Positions 54,618 through 63,763 of a DNA stretch of 64,000 nucleotides are shown one piece after another; positions within the stretch are counted from its first letter, which is position 1; each line of letters opens with the position of its first letter. The stretch spans positions 1-64,000 of the forward strand of contig JAZDQA010000014.1 of NCBI GenBank assembly GCA_043797085.1, read 5' to 3'. A model generated the notes under the pieces. That model saw only the letters and a list, made by a program, of their open reading frames with translations, searched no databases and was not told where the DNA came from. The translations under genes and the position numbers were made by a program. The stretch comes from Pseudomonadota bacterium (GTDB lineage: Bacteria; Campylobacterota; Campylobacteria; Campylobacterales; Sulfurimonadaceae).

Positions 54618-55861
54618 AATACTTTGTAGTAACCGTTCTCAGTAAAGGGAAAAGAAATGAATATGGATTATATGCTGAACATAAAAAAGAGGCTCATTAC
54701 CTTGCAAAAATTAAATTCTCAGGTATTATTTTAAAAACAAGAGAAGAATCAGCACCCCTTGAAGATCAATTTAAAAAGTTTAAAGAGACCATTTTTACTA
54801 ATCTTAAAAAGCGAAAACTTAAACAAGACTCACTTATTGCGGCCATTCGTCAGCTTGCCGTTATGGCAAATGCAGGGATATCAATTCATGACTCCCTTCA
54901 TGAAATAGCGGATGTTACCACAGACAAAACACTTAAAATTGTATTGGGAACAATGGCGGAGGACATCAACGCAGGTCATAGTCTTTCCAAATCTGCTGCT
55001 AAGTTTAGTTATGAGATTGGAACTTTGAGTCTTGCAATGATTGAATTGGGTGAAAAAACAGGTAATATGTCAGAAGCACTTCATAAACTCGCCGATATGC
55101 TTGAAGAAATTCGACGAAATATTATTAAATTTAAAAAAGCCATGGCCTACCCTCGTAACGTAATGATCGCCATGGCCGTGGCTTTTACCATACTTATTTC
55201 CTATGTTGTTCCACAATTTAAAGCTATTTTCGAACAATTACATGCTGAACTTCCAATGCCCACCAAAATTTTACTATTTTTAGAACATCTTTTTAACACC
55301 TACGGATTATATGTTTTAGCAGGAATTTTTATCTTTATCTTTTCTTTTAAATATACACTCGAACACAATAAAGAATTTAGATACAAATGGCATCAGTTTT
55401 TACTCAAAGTGTATTTGATTAAAAATATTATTATGTTTTCAACCCTTAGTCGTTTTACTCTTGTTTTTTCTGAGCTGGTACGCGCTGGTATACCTGTAGC
55501 TGAGGCTCTTGAAACTTCCACAGCTATGATCGACAATCTCCCTTTGCAAGAACGCTTATTAATTGTTCGTTCAGCCGTTGAAAAGGGAAGTTCATTACAT
55601 TCAGGACTTAAAGAAACGCATTTATTTGAAAACATGATTATTCAAATGATCTCGGCTGGAGAGTCAAGCGGTCAGTTGGATGCGATGCTTCAAAAAGTAA
55701 TGGAATATTACAAGATGCGTTTTGATGCTATCATCGATGGACTCTCTGAAGCAGTTGAGCCTATCATGCTCTTTATTATCGCAAGTATGGTTATTTTGTT
55801 GGCTTTGGGTATTTTCTTGCCTATGTGGGATATGGGAAATGCTGTTAATGGGCGAAGTTAA
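54614..55861 (+). CDS. Platform protein GspF/PilC/CtsF
   Basis: QLA.M..AG, GE.TG, AMAYP, GESSG.LD.ML, EP, IFLPM. Confidence 0.94.
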   Translation: MKYFVVTVLSKGKRNEYGLYAEHKKEAHYLAKIKFSGIILKTREESAPLEDQFKKFKETIFTNLKKRKLKQDSLIAAIRQLAVMANAGISIHDSLHEIADVTTDKTLKIVLGTMAEDINAGHSLSKSAAKFSYEIGTLSLAMIELGEKTGNMSEALHKLADMLEEIRRNIIKFKKAMAYPRNVMIAMAVAFTILISYVVPQFKAIFEQLHAELPMPTKILLFLEHLFNTYGLYVLAGIFIFIFSFKYTLEHNKEFRYKWHQFLLKVYLIKNIIMFSTLSRFTLVFSELVRAGIPVAEALETSTAMIDNLPLQERLLIVRSAVEKGSSLHSGLKETHLFENMIIQMISAGESSGQLDAMLQKVMEYYKMRFDAIIDGLSEAVEPIMLFIIASMVILLALGIFLPMWDMGNAVNGRS

Positions 55862-55885
55862 AAAGAGGTCAATCTACCTCTTTTT
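55860..55885. terminator. Bidirectional terminator
   Basis: AAAAAGAGGT-caatct-ACCTCTTTTT at the convergent gspF/helicase ends. Confidence 0.75.
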
Positions 55886-57941
55886 TGTGTACTAAAGAAT
55901 TATAAGTCTCATCCTTTGGTATCAGACCTGTCTCAAATAAAAATTGAGATGAGACAAAGTTGCTTTTTTTAATTTTGTCATATTTTGCATAACTCAAATA
56001 AAGTCGATCTTTCGCGCGGGTTACCGCCACATAAAAAAGTCGACGCTCTTCCTCGATACTTCCACTACGGCTCATCAGTTTTCGATTTGGAAAACGCCCA
56101 TCCATCAAATCAATAACATACACCTCTTTATATTCTAACCCTTTGGAAGCATGAACACTGAGCAAATGGACACCTTCCCCTTGAGTTAAGTCCTGCGATC
56201 CTAAGACCATAGCATTCAAAAAGCGCTCATGCTCTTTATAAGGTCGTGAAAGCTCAAATAAAATGGTACATTTTCGGCGGATTTTCTCTTGGGATTCACT
56301 TTTAACACGTTCATCTATCGATCCATTTTCGGTCATTGCACGCCTATGTGACAAATGCTCGATTACATGTCCATAAAGATTTGAGACCGCTATTTTTTGG
56401 ACTGCTTCTTTGGGTAATTTAGCGTCGCGAAGCTTTCGAAATAACATAAACAAATCATGCAAAAAAGTGGCTGATTCTTTCGTAAGCTTTGCATGTTTAA
56501 GAATGGGATTTCCCATAAAATTTGGGTCAAGCCCTAACTTTGCAAATCGCCCTGCACTACCAAGCTCCGCGTAATCATCAAACAATCCCAACTGATGATT
56601 AAGTTTACGTTTTTCAAAGGGGTTAGTGATGGAGGTATCAGGGGTATATAATCCCCGTAAAAAAGACCCTTTACCAAGTTTTTGAAGTGCCACAAACAGC
56701 TCTTTAGCCACTGCACTTCCTACCCCTTTGGCATAATCAAACAGATGTATAAACGCCATCATATCCGATTCATTCACGAGCAATGTGTACATGTCCAGCA
56801 ACGCTTTGATCTCTTTAGAATCAAAAAAACTTGTCCCTCCACGTCTGCGACATGCAATCCCCATCTCACGCAATGTTGCTTCAATCCCATCCGCTGAGGC
56901 ATTATTTCGAAAAATAACGGCAATCTCATCACGAGCTGTTGGCGAATCCCCGATTAAACGGGTAATACCGTGATATTGTTCAAACAGCTCCTCATAAATC
57001 AACAACGATGGTGCCTGCGCTTCTCCCGTTCGGGTTACTTCCAAAGCTTTAGGGTAAATGCGTTCATTATACGCGATGACCGTATTGGCAAGAGAGAGAA
57101 TCGGAACCGTTGAGCGGTAATTTTTATTGAGTGTATAAACCTTTGCATCAGGGAAATTGGTACTAAATGAGCCGATAATCGAAATGTCTGCTCCATTAAA
57201 AGCATAAATACTTTGATCATAATCCCCAACACAAAAAAGCGAAGGCGGGCGCATAGCATTAATCAATGTCCCCTGCAAAGCATTGGTATCTTGATATTCA
57301 TCAATCAATACCTCTTTGTACCCCAAATCATTTTGAGATGCCAAATGACGCATTTGAAGCAATAAATCATTGAAATTTACAAAACCGTACTCTTTTTTGA
57401 GTGCTTCGAATTCATCGATAATATCCGCATAAATCATGGCATACACGGCATGTTCATCTTGGCGTGTTAGTATCCACTCTTCAAAATTAATCTCAATTTC
57501 GGTATTTTGATAAAATGAATACACATCATAAAGATAATTGGCACCATACGCAGGGGTAGCATTATCTATATGCGAAAAAGTCCGTTTTTCATAAACACTT
57601 CGAAAAAGTGTTTTAAGTTCACGAGGTTGTTTTAAAACCACTTTCCCTTCTTTACGCTTTAGCCATCGATAACTCACCGCATGAAATGTCCCAGCATCGA
57701 CCTTCGAAGCAATCTCAGAACCAAAAAATGCAGCGACACGCTCTACCATTTCCTGAGCTGCTTTGTTGGTAAATGTCAATAATAATATCTCTTCGGGTTT
57801 AACATCTTGTGAAAGGAGATAGGCAATACGCCCTACAATCGTAGAGGTTTTACCCGTACCTGCTGAAGCAATAATAAGGTTATGACCATACGGTGCCGTT
57901 GCGGCTGTATGCTGTTGAGAATTGAGACGAGAAAGTGGCAA
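55869..57941 (-). CDS. UvrD/Rep family SF1 helicase
   Basis: AGTGKT, TFTNKAA, DEYQD, VGD.DQSIY, NYRS, H.SKGLE, ERRLFYVA.TRA; TTG start. Confidence 0.93.
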   Translation of the reverse strand: MPLSRLNSQQHTAATAPYGHNLIIASAGTGKTSTIVGRIAYLLSQDVKPEEILLLTFTNKAAQEMVERVAAFFGSEIASKVDAGTFHAVSYRWLKRKEGKVVLKQPRELKTLFRSVYEKRTFSHIDNATPAYGANYLYDVYSFYQNTEIEINFEEWILTRQDEHAVYAMIYADIIDEFEALKKEYGFVNFNDLLLQMRHLASQNDLGYKEVLIDEYQDTNALQGTLINAMRPPSLFCVGDYDQSIYAFNGADISIIGSFSTNFPDAKVYTLNKNYRSTVPILSLANTVIAYNERIYPKALEVTRTGEAQAPSLLIYEELFEQYHGITRLIGDSPTARDEIAVIFRNNASADGIEATLREMGIACRRRGGTSFFDSKEIKALLDMYTLLVNESDMMAFIHLFDYAKGVGSAVAKELFVALQKLGKGSFLRGLYTPDTSITNPFEKRKLNHQLGLFDDYAELGSAGRFAKLGLDPNFMGNPILKHAKLTKESATFLHDLFMLFRKLRDAKLPKEAVQKIAVSNLYGHVIEHLSHRRAMTENGSIDERVKSESQEKIRRKCTILFELSRPYKEHERFLNAMVLGSQDLTQGEGVHLLSVHASKGLEYKEVYVIDLMDGRFPNRKLMSRSGSIEEERRLFYVAVTRAKDRLYLSYAKYDKIKKSNFVSSQFLFETGLIPKDETYNSLVHKKEVD

Positions 57942-57971
57942 GAAGCTCCCTAAAGCTTCTAAAATAGAAGC

Positions 57972-58352
57972 TTATTTAAAATTTTTAATTGGTTCAGCCA
58001 ATGCATATTCTGGATGATCTTTTGCATCCAATATTACTTGTGCCATAGTTGCATTATCTTGGTTAAAAATCAATGGAGCGAGGAAATTAACGCATGATTC
58101 ATCCAGCGGATTTTGAATAATAACGACATTATATACGAGCACGTTTGATTTTTCATTAATATTAAGCAAAATACGCATAGAAGCTGGTACATCAAAGGAG
58201 TATTCACGTAATTTATACGGATCTGCAAGTGTAAAACTAATATCTGAATCTTCACCACTTTTCAGTGTTAAAAATAACTCATCGATAGGTGTGATTTTTA
58301 CTGTAGTTATTTGATCAAATCCTAAGATCGATGACTTCACTTCATATTGCAT
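57972..58352 (-). CDS. fliW: Flagellar assembly factor FliW
   Basis: ILGF, F....P, NFLAPL.FN, MAQV.L; start at MQYEVK (SD GGAG). Confidence 0.92.
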   Translation of the reverse strand: MQYEVKSSILGFDQITTVKITPIDELFLTLKSGEDSDISFTLADPYKLREYSFDVPASMRILLNINEKSNVLVYNVVIIQNPLDESCVNFLAPLIFNQDNATMAQVILDAKDHPEYALAEPIKNFK

Positions 58353-58384
58353 GATTGCTCCCAAATGTTTAATAGCCAATAAGA

Positions 58385-58398
58385 GCAATAAGTGTTCC
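58385..58398 (-). promoter_or_regulatory. Sigma54 -24/-12 promoter of fliW
   Basis: GGAACACTTATTGC (GG-N10-GC) on minus strand, matching the epsilonproteobacterial GGAAC-N5-TTGC type. Confidence 0.7.
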
Positions 58399-58448
58399 CC
58401 CTAAATTTTGGTATAATTCGCCTATATTTTCCTATTTAAGGCTATTTT

Positions 58449-61067
58449 ATGTCCGCTACTCACTACGATCCCAAAAATATTGAAGAAAGCTACTACCCTA
58501 TTTGGGAAAATCGTGGTTACTTTGAAGTGGACGGGAATAAAACCATCGTAAAACCTAATAAACATTTTTCTATCATGATGCCTCCTCCCAATGTCACTGG
58601 ACGACTTCATATCGGGCATGCTCTTACTTTTACCCTTCAAGACATTATCGTTCGTTACAAACGTATGGACGGCTACGCAACGCTTTGGCAGCCGGGAACT
58701 GACCATGCCGGTATTGCTACTCAAAATGTTGTGGAAAAACAGCTTTTAGCCCAAGGAACAACCAAAGAAGAACTCGGTCGTGAAGCATTTTTAGAACGTG
58801 TTTGGGAATGGAAAGAAGAAAGTGGCGGGATCATGGTCGGACAGCTCCGTAAACTTGGAGTTTCTCCTGCTTGGAGCCGTGAGCGTTTTACCATGGATGA
58901 GGGACTAAAAAGCTCCGTAAAAGAAGCATTTGTCCATCTTTATAATCAAAACCTCATCATCCGTGGCAACTACATGGTCAACTGGTGTACGCATGATGGC
59001 GCACTCAGTGATATCGAAGTGGAACATGAAGAGCACCAAGGGCATTTTTACCACATGCGCTATGCTTTCAGTGACGGCAGTGGTCATATAACGGTTGCTA
59101 CGACTCGACCTGAAACTTATTTCGGAGATACTGCCATCATGGTTCATCCGGATGATGAACGCTATACTCATTTAATCGGTAAAAGTATCACTCTCCCCCT
59201 CATCAACCGCGAGATCAAAATCATTGCCGACAGCCATGTTGATATGGAGTTTGGAACGGGTGTCGTTAAAGTTACCCCTGCCCATGACACCAATGACTAC
59301 GAAGTAGGCAAGCGCCATGATTTGGAATTTATTACGGTCTTTGACGAAAAAGGTATTTTGAATCACCATGCAGGAGAGTTCGAAGGGCTGGAACGTCTTG
59401 CCTCTCGTGAAATCATCGTCAAACGTCTTAATGAAGCAGGATTTATTGAAAAAATAGAAGATCACGTTCATCAAGTAGGACATTGCTACCGTTGTAAAAA
59501 TATCGTTGAACCGTATATCTCAAAGCAATGGTTTGTCCGTAAAGAAGTCGCACGTAATTCGATCGATAAAACCAATGACGGCTTAGCTCAGTTTTTCCCG
59601 CCCCATTGGATCAACAGCTACAACTCATGGATGGGAGAACTGCGCGACTGGTGTATCTCTCGACAACTGTGGTGGGGACATCGTATTCCTGTATTTTATT
59701 GTAACGATTGCGATCACGAATGGGCGAGTCTCGAAGAGAATCCGCACGTCTGTCCGCATTGTGCAAGCACATCATTTACGCAAGACCCTGATGTTTTGGA
59801 TACATGGTTCAGCTCTGCATTATGGCCTTTCTCGACATTGGGATGGGGTAATGGTGACGTGAGTGCTGATGCACTGTTTCAAAGTGAAGATATGGCAAAG
59901 TTTTATCCCAACAGCCTTCTTATCACAGGATTTGACATCCTCTTTTTCTGGGTTGCGCGAATGATGATGATGGGAGAAAGTTTTACAGGAGAACTCCCGT
60001 TTAAACACATTTACCTTCATGCCCTTGTTCGTGATGAAAACGGTCAAAAAATGTCAAAATCCAAAGGCAACGTCATCGATCCTCTGGATATGATAGAGCA
60101 GTACAGTACGGATGCCTTGCGTTTTACCCTTGCTGTTTTAGCGGCTCAAGGTCGTGATATTCGTCTTAGTTCTGACAAGCTGGAACAAAGCCGCAACTTT
60201 ACCAATAAACTTTTTAACGCTTCCAAGTTTTTACAAATGAACGTTGAAACCTTTAAAGATTTGTCCCAACAAGAGATTACTACACCATTGGGTCGCTATA
60301 TGCTAAGCCGTTTTAGACGTGCTACGGCTGAGACGAGAGGATATTTGGATGAGTATCGCTTTAATGATGCGGCTACTACCCTCTATCGCTTCTTGTGGAA
60401 TGAATTTTGTGACTGGGGAATCGAGCTTGGAAAAGCTTCCAAAGAGAGCGTTCATGAGCTGGGAAGTATCTTTAAAGAGTCAATGAAACTGCTACATCCT
60501 TTCATGCCGTTTATCACAGAGCATCTTTATCACGAACTCTCAGGAACAACTCTCGAAGATGGCAATTCCATTATGGTCATGATGTATCCTGATGATGTCA
60601 CTATCGATGAAGAGATTGAAGCGGAGTTTGCCATTATTATGGATGCCATTATTACCATTCGTCGTGCTAAGACACTTGTTGACTGCGGGAATCAAAAAAT
60701 CCCTCTAGCGTATGTAAAATGCAGTGGAAACCATATTATGATGGAGCCCTTTATCGCACGCTTGGGAAAAGTTGAAACCCTGAAATTTACAGACAGTAAA
60801 GTTGACAATGCAATCAGTGACATTGGTGAGAGCGTTGAGGTGTATATCCCTACCGAAGCAATTGATTTGTCACCCATCATCGACCGACTAACAAAACAGC
60901 GTGAAAAACTTCAAAAAGAAGCGGATAAACTAAGCGGTATGCTCTCCAATGAGCGCTTTGTTGCCAATGCACCTGAATCTGTCATTACCGAAAATCGTAA
61001 CGGTTTAGCCGACGCGCAAGAAAAAATAGCAAAAATCGACGCGCAACTAGGATCGTTGCAAAACTAA
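58449..61067 (+). CDS. valS: Valine--tRNA ligase
   Basis: PPPNVTG.LHIGH, WCISRQLWWGH, KMSKS, C-terminal coiled coil; TGgTATAAT at 58409-58417. Confidence 0.98.
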   Translation: MSATHYDPKNIEESYYPIWENRGYFEVDGNKTIVKPNKHFSIMMPPPNVTGRLHIGHALTFTLQDIIVRYKRMDGYATLWQPGTDHAGIATQNVVEKQLLAQGTTKEELGREAFLERVWEWKEESGGIMVGQLRKLGVSPAWSRERFTMDEGLKSSVKEAFVHLYNQNLIIRGNYMVNWCTHDGALSDIEVEHEEHQGHFYHMRYAFSDGSGHITVATTRPETYFGDTAIMVHPDDERYTHLIGKSITLPLINREIKIIADSHVDMEFGTGVVKVTPAHDTNDYEVGKRHDLEFITVFDEKGILNHHAGEFEGLERLASREIIVKRLNEAGFIEKIEDHVHQVGHCYRCKNIVEPYISKQWFVRKEVARNSIDKTNDGLAQFFPPHWINSYNSWMGELRDWCISRQLWWGHRIPVFYCNDCDHEWASLEENPHVCPHCASTSFTQDPDVLDTWFSSALWPFSTLGWGNGDVSADALFQSEDMAKFYPNSLLITGFDILFFWVARMMMMGESFTGELPFKHIYLHALVRDENGQKMSKSKGNVIDPLDMIEQYSTDALRFTLAVLAAQGRDIRLSSDKLEQSRNFTNKLFNASKFLQMNVETFKDLSQQEITTPLGRYMLSRFRRATAETRGYLDEYRFNDAATTLYRFLWNEFCDWGIELGKASKESVHELGSIFKESMKLLHPFMPFITEHLYHELSGTTLEDGNSIMVMMYPDDVTIDEEIEAEFAIIMDAIITIRRAKTLVDCGNQKIPLAYVKCSGNHIMMEPFIARLGKVETLKFTDSKVDNAISDIGESVEVYIPTEAIDLSPIIDRLTKQREKLQKEADKLSGMLSNERFVANAPESVITENRNGLADAQEKIAKIDAQLGSLQN

Positions 61068-61089
61068 TAGCAGAATTTAATCTGCTATT
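61066..61089. terminator. Hairpin at convergent valS/yceI junction
   Basis: AATAGCAGA-atttaa-TCTGCTATT. Confidence 0.6.
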
Positions 61090-61643
61090 CCCTCTATTTC
61101 AATCGTCATTTTGACCTCATCACCCACAACAACTCCACCTGATTCAATTGCTTTATTCCAACTCAAGCCGAAATCTTTGCGATTGATTTTACCTTCCAAC
61201 GTCAAACCTGATCGTTGATTTCCACTATTATCAGTCATTACCCCGCCTATATCCATATCCAATACTACTTTTTTTGTTATGCCATGCATGGTTAAATTTC
61301 CAGTAACTTTTTTTCCCTTTTGAGACAGCATTGCAAATGTAATCTCAGGATATTTTATTACATCAAAAAAATCAGCACTGCGTAAATGCTCATCACGTTT
61401 TTCAATTCCAGTATTTATAGTCGATGCTTTTACGGTACCGCTCAATGATTTAAGTACGCCCTTCTCCAAATCATACGATCCGCTAAAACCGCTAAAATTA
61501 CCGCTTACTGAACTAATCATCATGTGTTTTACTTTAAATCCAACACTTGAATGAGAAACGTCTACACTATAAGGTGCAGCACATAACGACATTGATCCCA
61601 GCAACAAACTCGACACAACCGTAGCAATAAAATGATGCTTCAC
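61077..61643 (-). CDS. yceI: YceI family periplasmic polyisoprenoid-binding protein
   Basis: D..HSSVGF.VKH, RD.HLRS.DFFD, GNLT.HG.TK, INR.DFG. Confidence 0.93.
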   Translation of the reverse strand: MKHHFIATVVSSLLLGSMSLCAAPYSVDVSHSSVGFKVKHMMISSVSGNFSGFSGSYDLEKGVLKSLSGTVKASTINTGIEKRDEHLRSADFFDVIKYPEITFAMLSQKGKKVTGNLTMHGITKKVVLDMDIGGVMTDNSGNQRSGLTLEGKINRKDFGLSWNKAIESGGVVVGDEVKMTIEIEGIAD

Positions 61644-61770
61644 AGAACTTCCTTTAATTAGAAAAATTTATTTATTGTAGTGTGTTTTTTAGAATGATTT
61701 CTTAACTCTCGGTTAATGGGGAAAATATTTAAGCTTTGCTATACTTTTGCAACTATCAAAAAGGTATATT

Positions 61771-62454
61771 ATGGAACTTTGCGTCGCACTGGATCTACCC
61801 ACAATGCAAGAAAATTTAGAACTTATTGAAAAAATAAAACACTATCCCATCTGGCTAAAAGTAGGACTTCGCTCTTACATTCGGGATGGGAAACCGTTCA
61901 TTGATGCGATTAAGCAGATCAATCCCGATTTCAAAATATTTCTCGATTTAAAACTCTACGATATTCCCAATACAATGGCAGATTCAGCCGAATCCATCAT
62001 GGGACTTGGTGTTGATATGTTTAACGTTCATGCCTCTGCCGGTCGTAAAGCAATGGCAGAAGTGATGAAACGGCTTCAGCCCTACGATAATCGTCCGTTA
62101 GTTTTAGCCGTTACCGCATTAACCTCTTTTGATGAAAATGAATTTACTCATGTATACGAAAAATCCATCGCTGATAAAGCCGATCAATTTGCGCAAGATG
62201 CTCATGAAGCTGGACTGGATGGAGTTGTGTGCAGTGCGTATGAGAGCGCTTCGATCAAATCCCTTACTTCTAATGCGTTTATCACCCTCACCCCCGGTAT
62301 TCGACCATTTGGTGAGGATGCCGGAGATCAAGAACGTGTTGCAACCATTGAAGTGGCTCATAATGCAAAAGTTGACTTTATCGTCGTAGGACGACCGATC
62401 TATGCTTCTCAAGACCCTGCTTTAGTAGTACAAAAAATTATTGCCAGTTTATAA
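61771..62454 (+). CDS. pyrF: Orotidine-5'-phosphate decarboxylase
   Basis: VALD, DLKLYDIPNT, TPGIRP, VVGRPI; start at MELCVALD. Confidence 0.96.
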   Translation: MELCVALDLPTMQENLELIEKIKHYPIWLKVGLRSYIRDGKPFIDAIKQINPDFKIFLDLKLYDIPNTMADSAESIMGLGVDMFNVHASAGRKAMAEVMKRLQPYDNRPLVLAVTALTSFDENEFTHVYEKSIADKADQFAQDAHEAGLDGVVCSAYESASIKSLTSNAFITLTPGIRPFGEDAGDQERVATIEVAHNAKVDFIVVGRPIYASQDPALVVQKIIASL

Positions 62455-62536
62455 GATTATCTTGCATATATTAAGCACCTATTTAAGGTGCTTGTTATCT
62501 AAGCCTGACTATAATTACGCCCTCTTAGACATATAC

Positions 62537-62626
62537 GGACGAGTAGGAAAGCGGCTGAATCCACCTCCCTGCTAAGGAGACGTACTGGCAACGGTACCGA
62601 GAGTTCGAATCTCTCCTCGTCCGCCA
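62537..62626 (+). tRNA. tRNA-Ser(GCT)
   Basis: Acceptor GGACGAG/CTCGTCC, G73, CCA; anticodon loop CTGCTAA; long variable arm GTACTG-GCAA-CGGTAC; TATAAT at 62510-62515. Confidence 0.93.
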
Positions 62627-62680
62627 CCTAAATTCCCTACATTACGAACTTCAAAAGACTTACAAAAAACAGCAGTGACA

Positions 62681-63763
62681 CTATAGTGCCATAGCATTGA
62701 CACCATAAATATCAATCGACTTATTAAACGGTTTTCTCTCAGCTGATATATTTCTCGTATAACGTTCAAACAGCATTTGCGGTGTCGAGTGCCCTAATAT
62801 GGATGCAATTTCATTAACACTGTACTGACCGCTCATTAAAAGATTGGTTGCGCACGTGTGCCGCATCTCATACATACGACGATAATCCAACTCACACTCT
62901 TTTAAAATATCCGTCCATTGGTTTACACCTATAGTCGTGTAGTCATAAAAGGCTTTGCCGTACTGACTAACAAATACATACTCTTGATTGCCATTGAGTC
63001 TTTTCTGCTCTTCAAGAAAAGGAACTAATGAGTCAAAAATCGGAATGTATCGGATACTGCTTTGAGTTTTTGGTGAACCTTCAACACCCATTGATCTAGA
63101 TGCACAAACATATAGTTCACGTTTGTCGAGATTAACGTTTTCCCATTTAAGTGCAATGATTTCTCCAACTCGCATTCCCGTCATAAATCCTAACGCAAGA
63201 TAGTTTTTAAACCACCCTTGTGCTGTATCCAAAATGAGTTTAACCTCATAGGGCATAAACGGAACGATATGAGGTTTTGTGATCTTCAAAGCGTCCAGAG
63301 CATCCATAGGATTTCTCCCTATCTCTTCATCATGGAGAGCTTTTTTAAAAATGCCCCGAAATACACTTTGATAGTCTTTGACCGTTTTTGCTGTAAAACG
63401 TTTTAAAAGATCATTTCGCCATTTCTCGACATGAGATACTTTCAAATCTCTTATTGCATCATCCCCAAAAAGTGGAAGTATTGCATTATCAATAATAGAC
63501 AAATAGCGCCCATGTGTCTTAGGAGCAGTTATCTGCTTCTTTGATTCCATGAGCAATTCAGCGTAATAGCGCACCGTTTTAAGATGCTCTTTTTTGAGTG
63601 TCACTCTTCCTGTCATTATCCCCATTTTTAGTTGGGGAATGAGGTCTTTTTCGACCTTTTTGACATTGGACGGTGTCCACTCCAGACCCGTGGTTTTCCT
63701 GATTCTCGCCCCATTGACGAATAAGTCTATCCACACTCGATTGTTTTTTTTGAATACTGACAT
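62681..63763 (-). CDS. Tyrosine recombinase/integrase with N-terminal arm-binding (DUF3596-like) domain
   Basis: TGMR.GE, PKT, YEMRHT, LGH, RY; start MSVFKK with SD AAGGAG. Confidence 0.93.
   Translation of the reverse strand: MSVFKKNNRVWIDLFVNGARIRKTTGLEWTPSNVKKVEKDLIPQLKMGIMTGRVTLKKEHLKTVRYYAELLMESKKQITAPKTHGRYLSIIDNAILPLFGDDAIRDLKVSHVEKWRNDLLKRFTAKTVKDYQSVFRGIFKKALHDEEIGRNPMDALDALKITKPHIVPFMPYEVKLILDTAQGWFKNYLALGFMTGMRVGEIIALKWENVNLDKRELYVCASRSMGVEGSPKTQSSIRYIPIFDSLVPFLEEQKRLNGNQEYVFVSQYGKAFYDYTTIGVNQWTDILKECELDYRRMYEMRHTCATNLLMSGQYSVNEIASILGHSTPQMLFERYTRNISAERKPFNKSIDIYGVNAMAL

Noticed and set aside
62473..62493. AAGCACCT-attta-AGGTGCTT inverted repeat
   Set aside because: Most simply the pyrF terminator ahead of the tRNA promoter; not novel
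62850..62880. Integrase HxxR motif reads YEMRH
   Set aside because: A Tyr-for-His variant is common in this integrase subfamily; not evidence of inactivation
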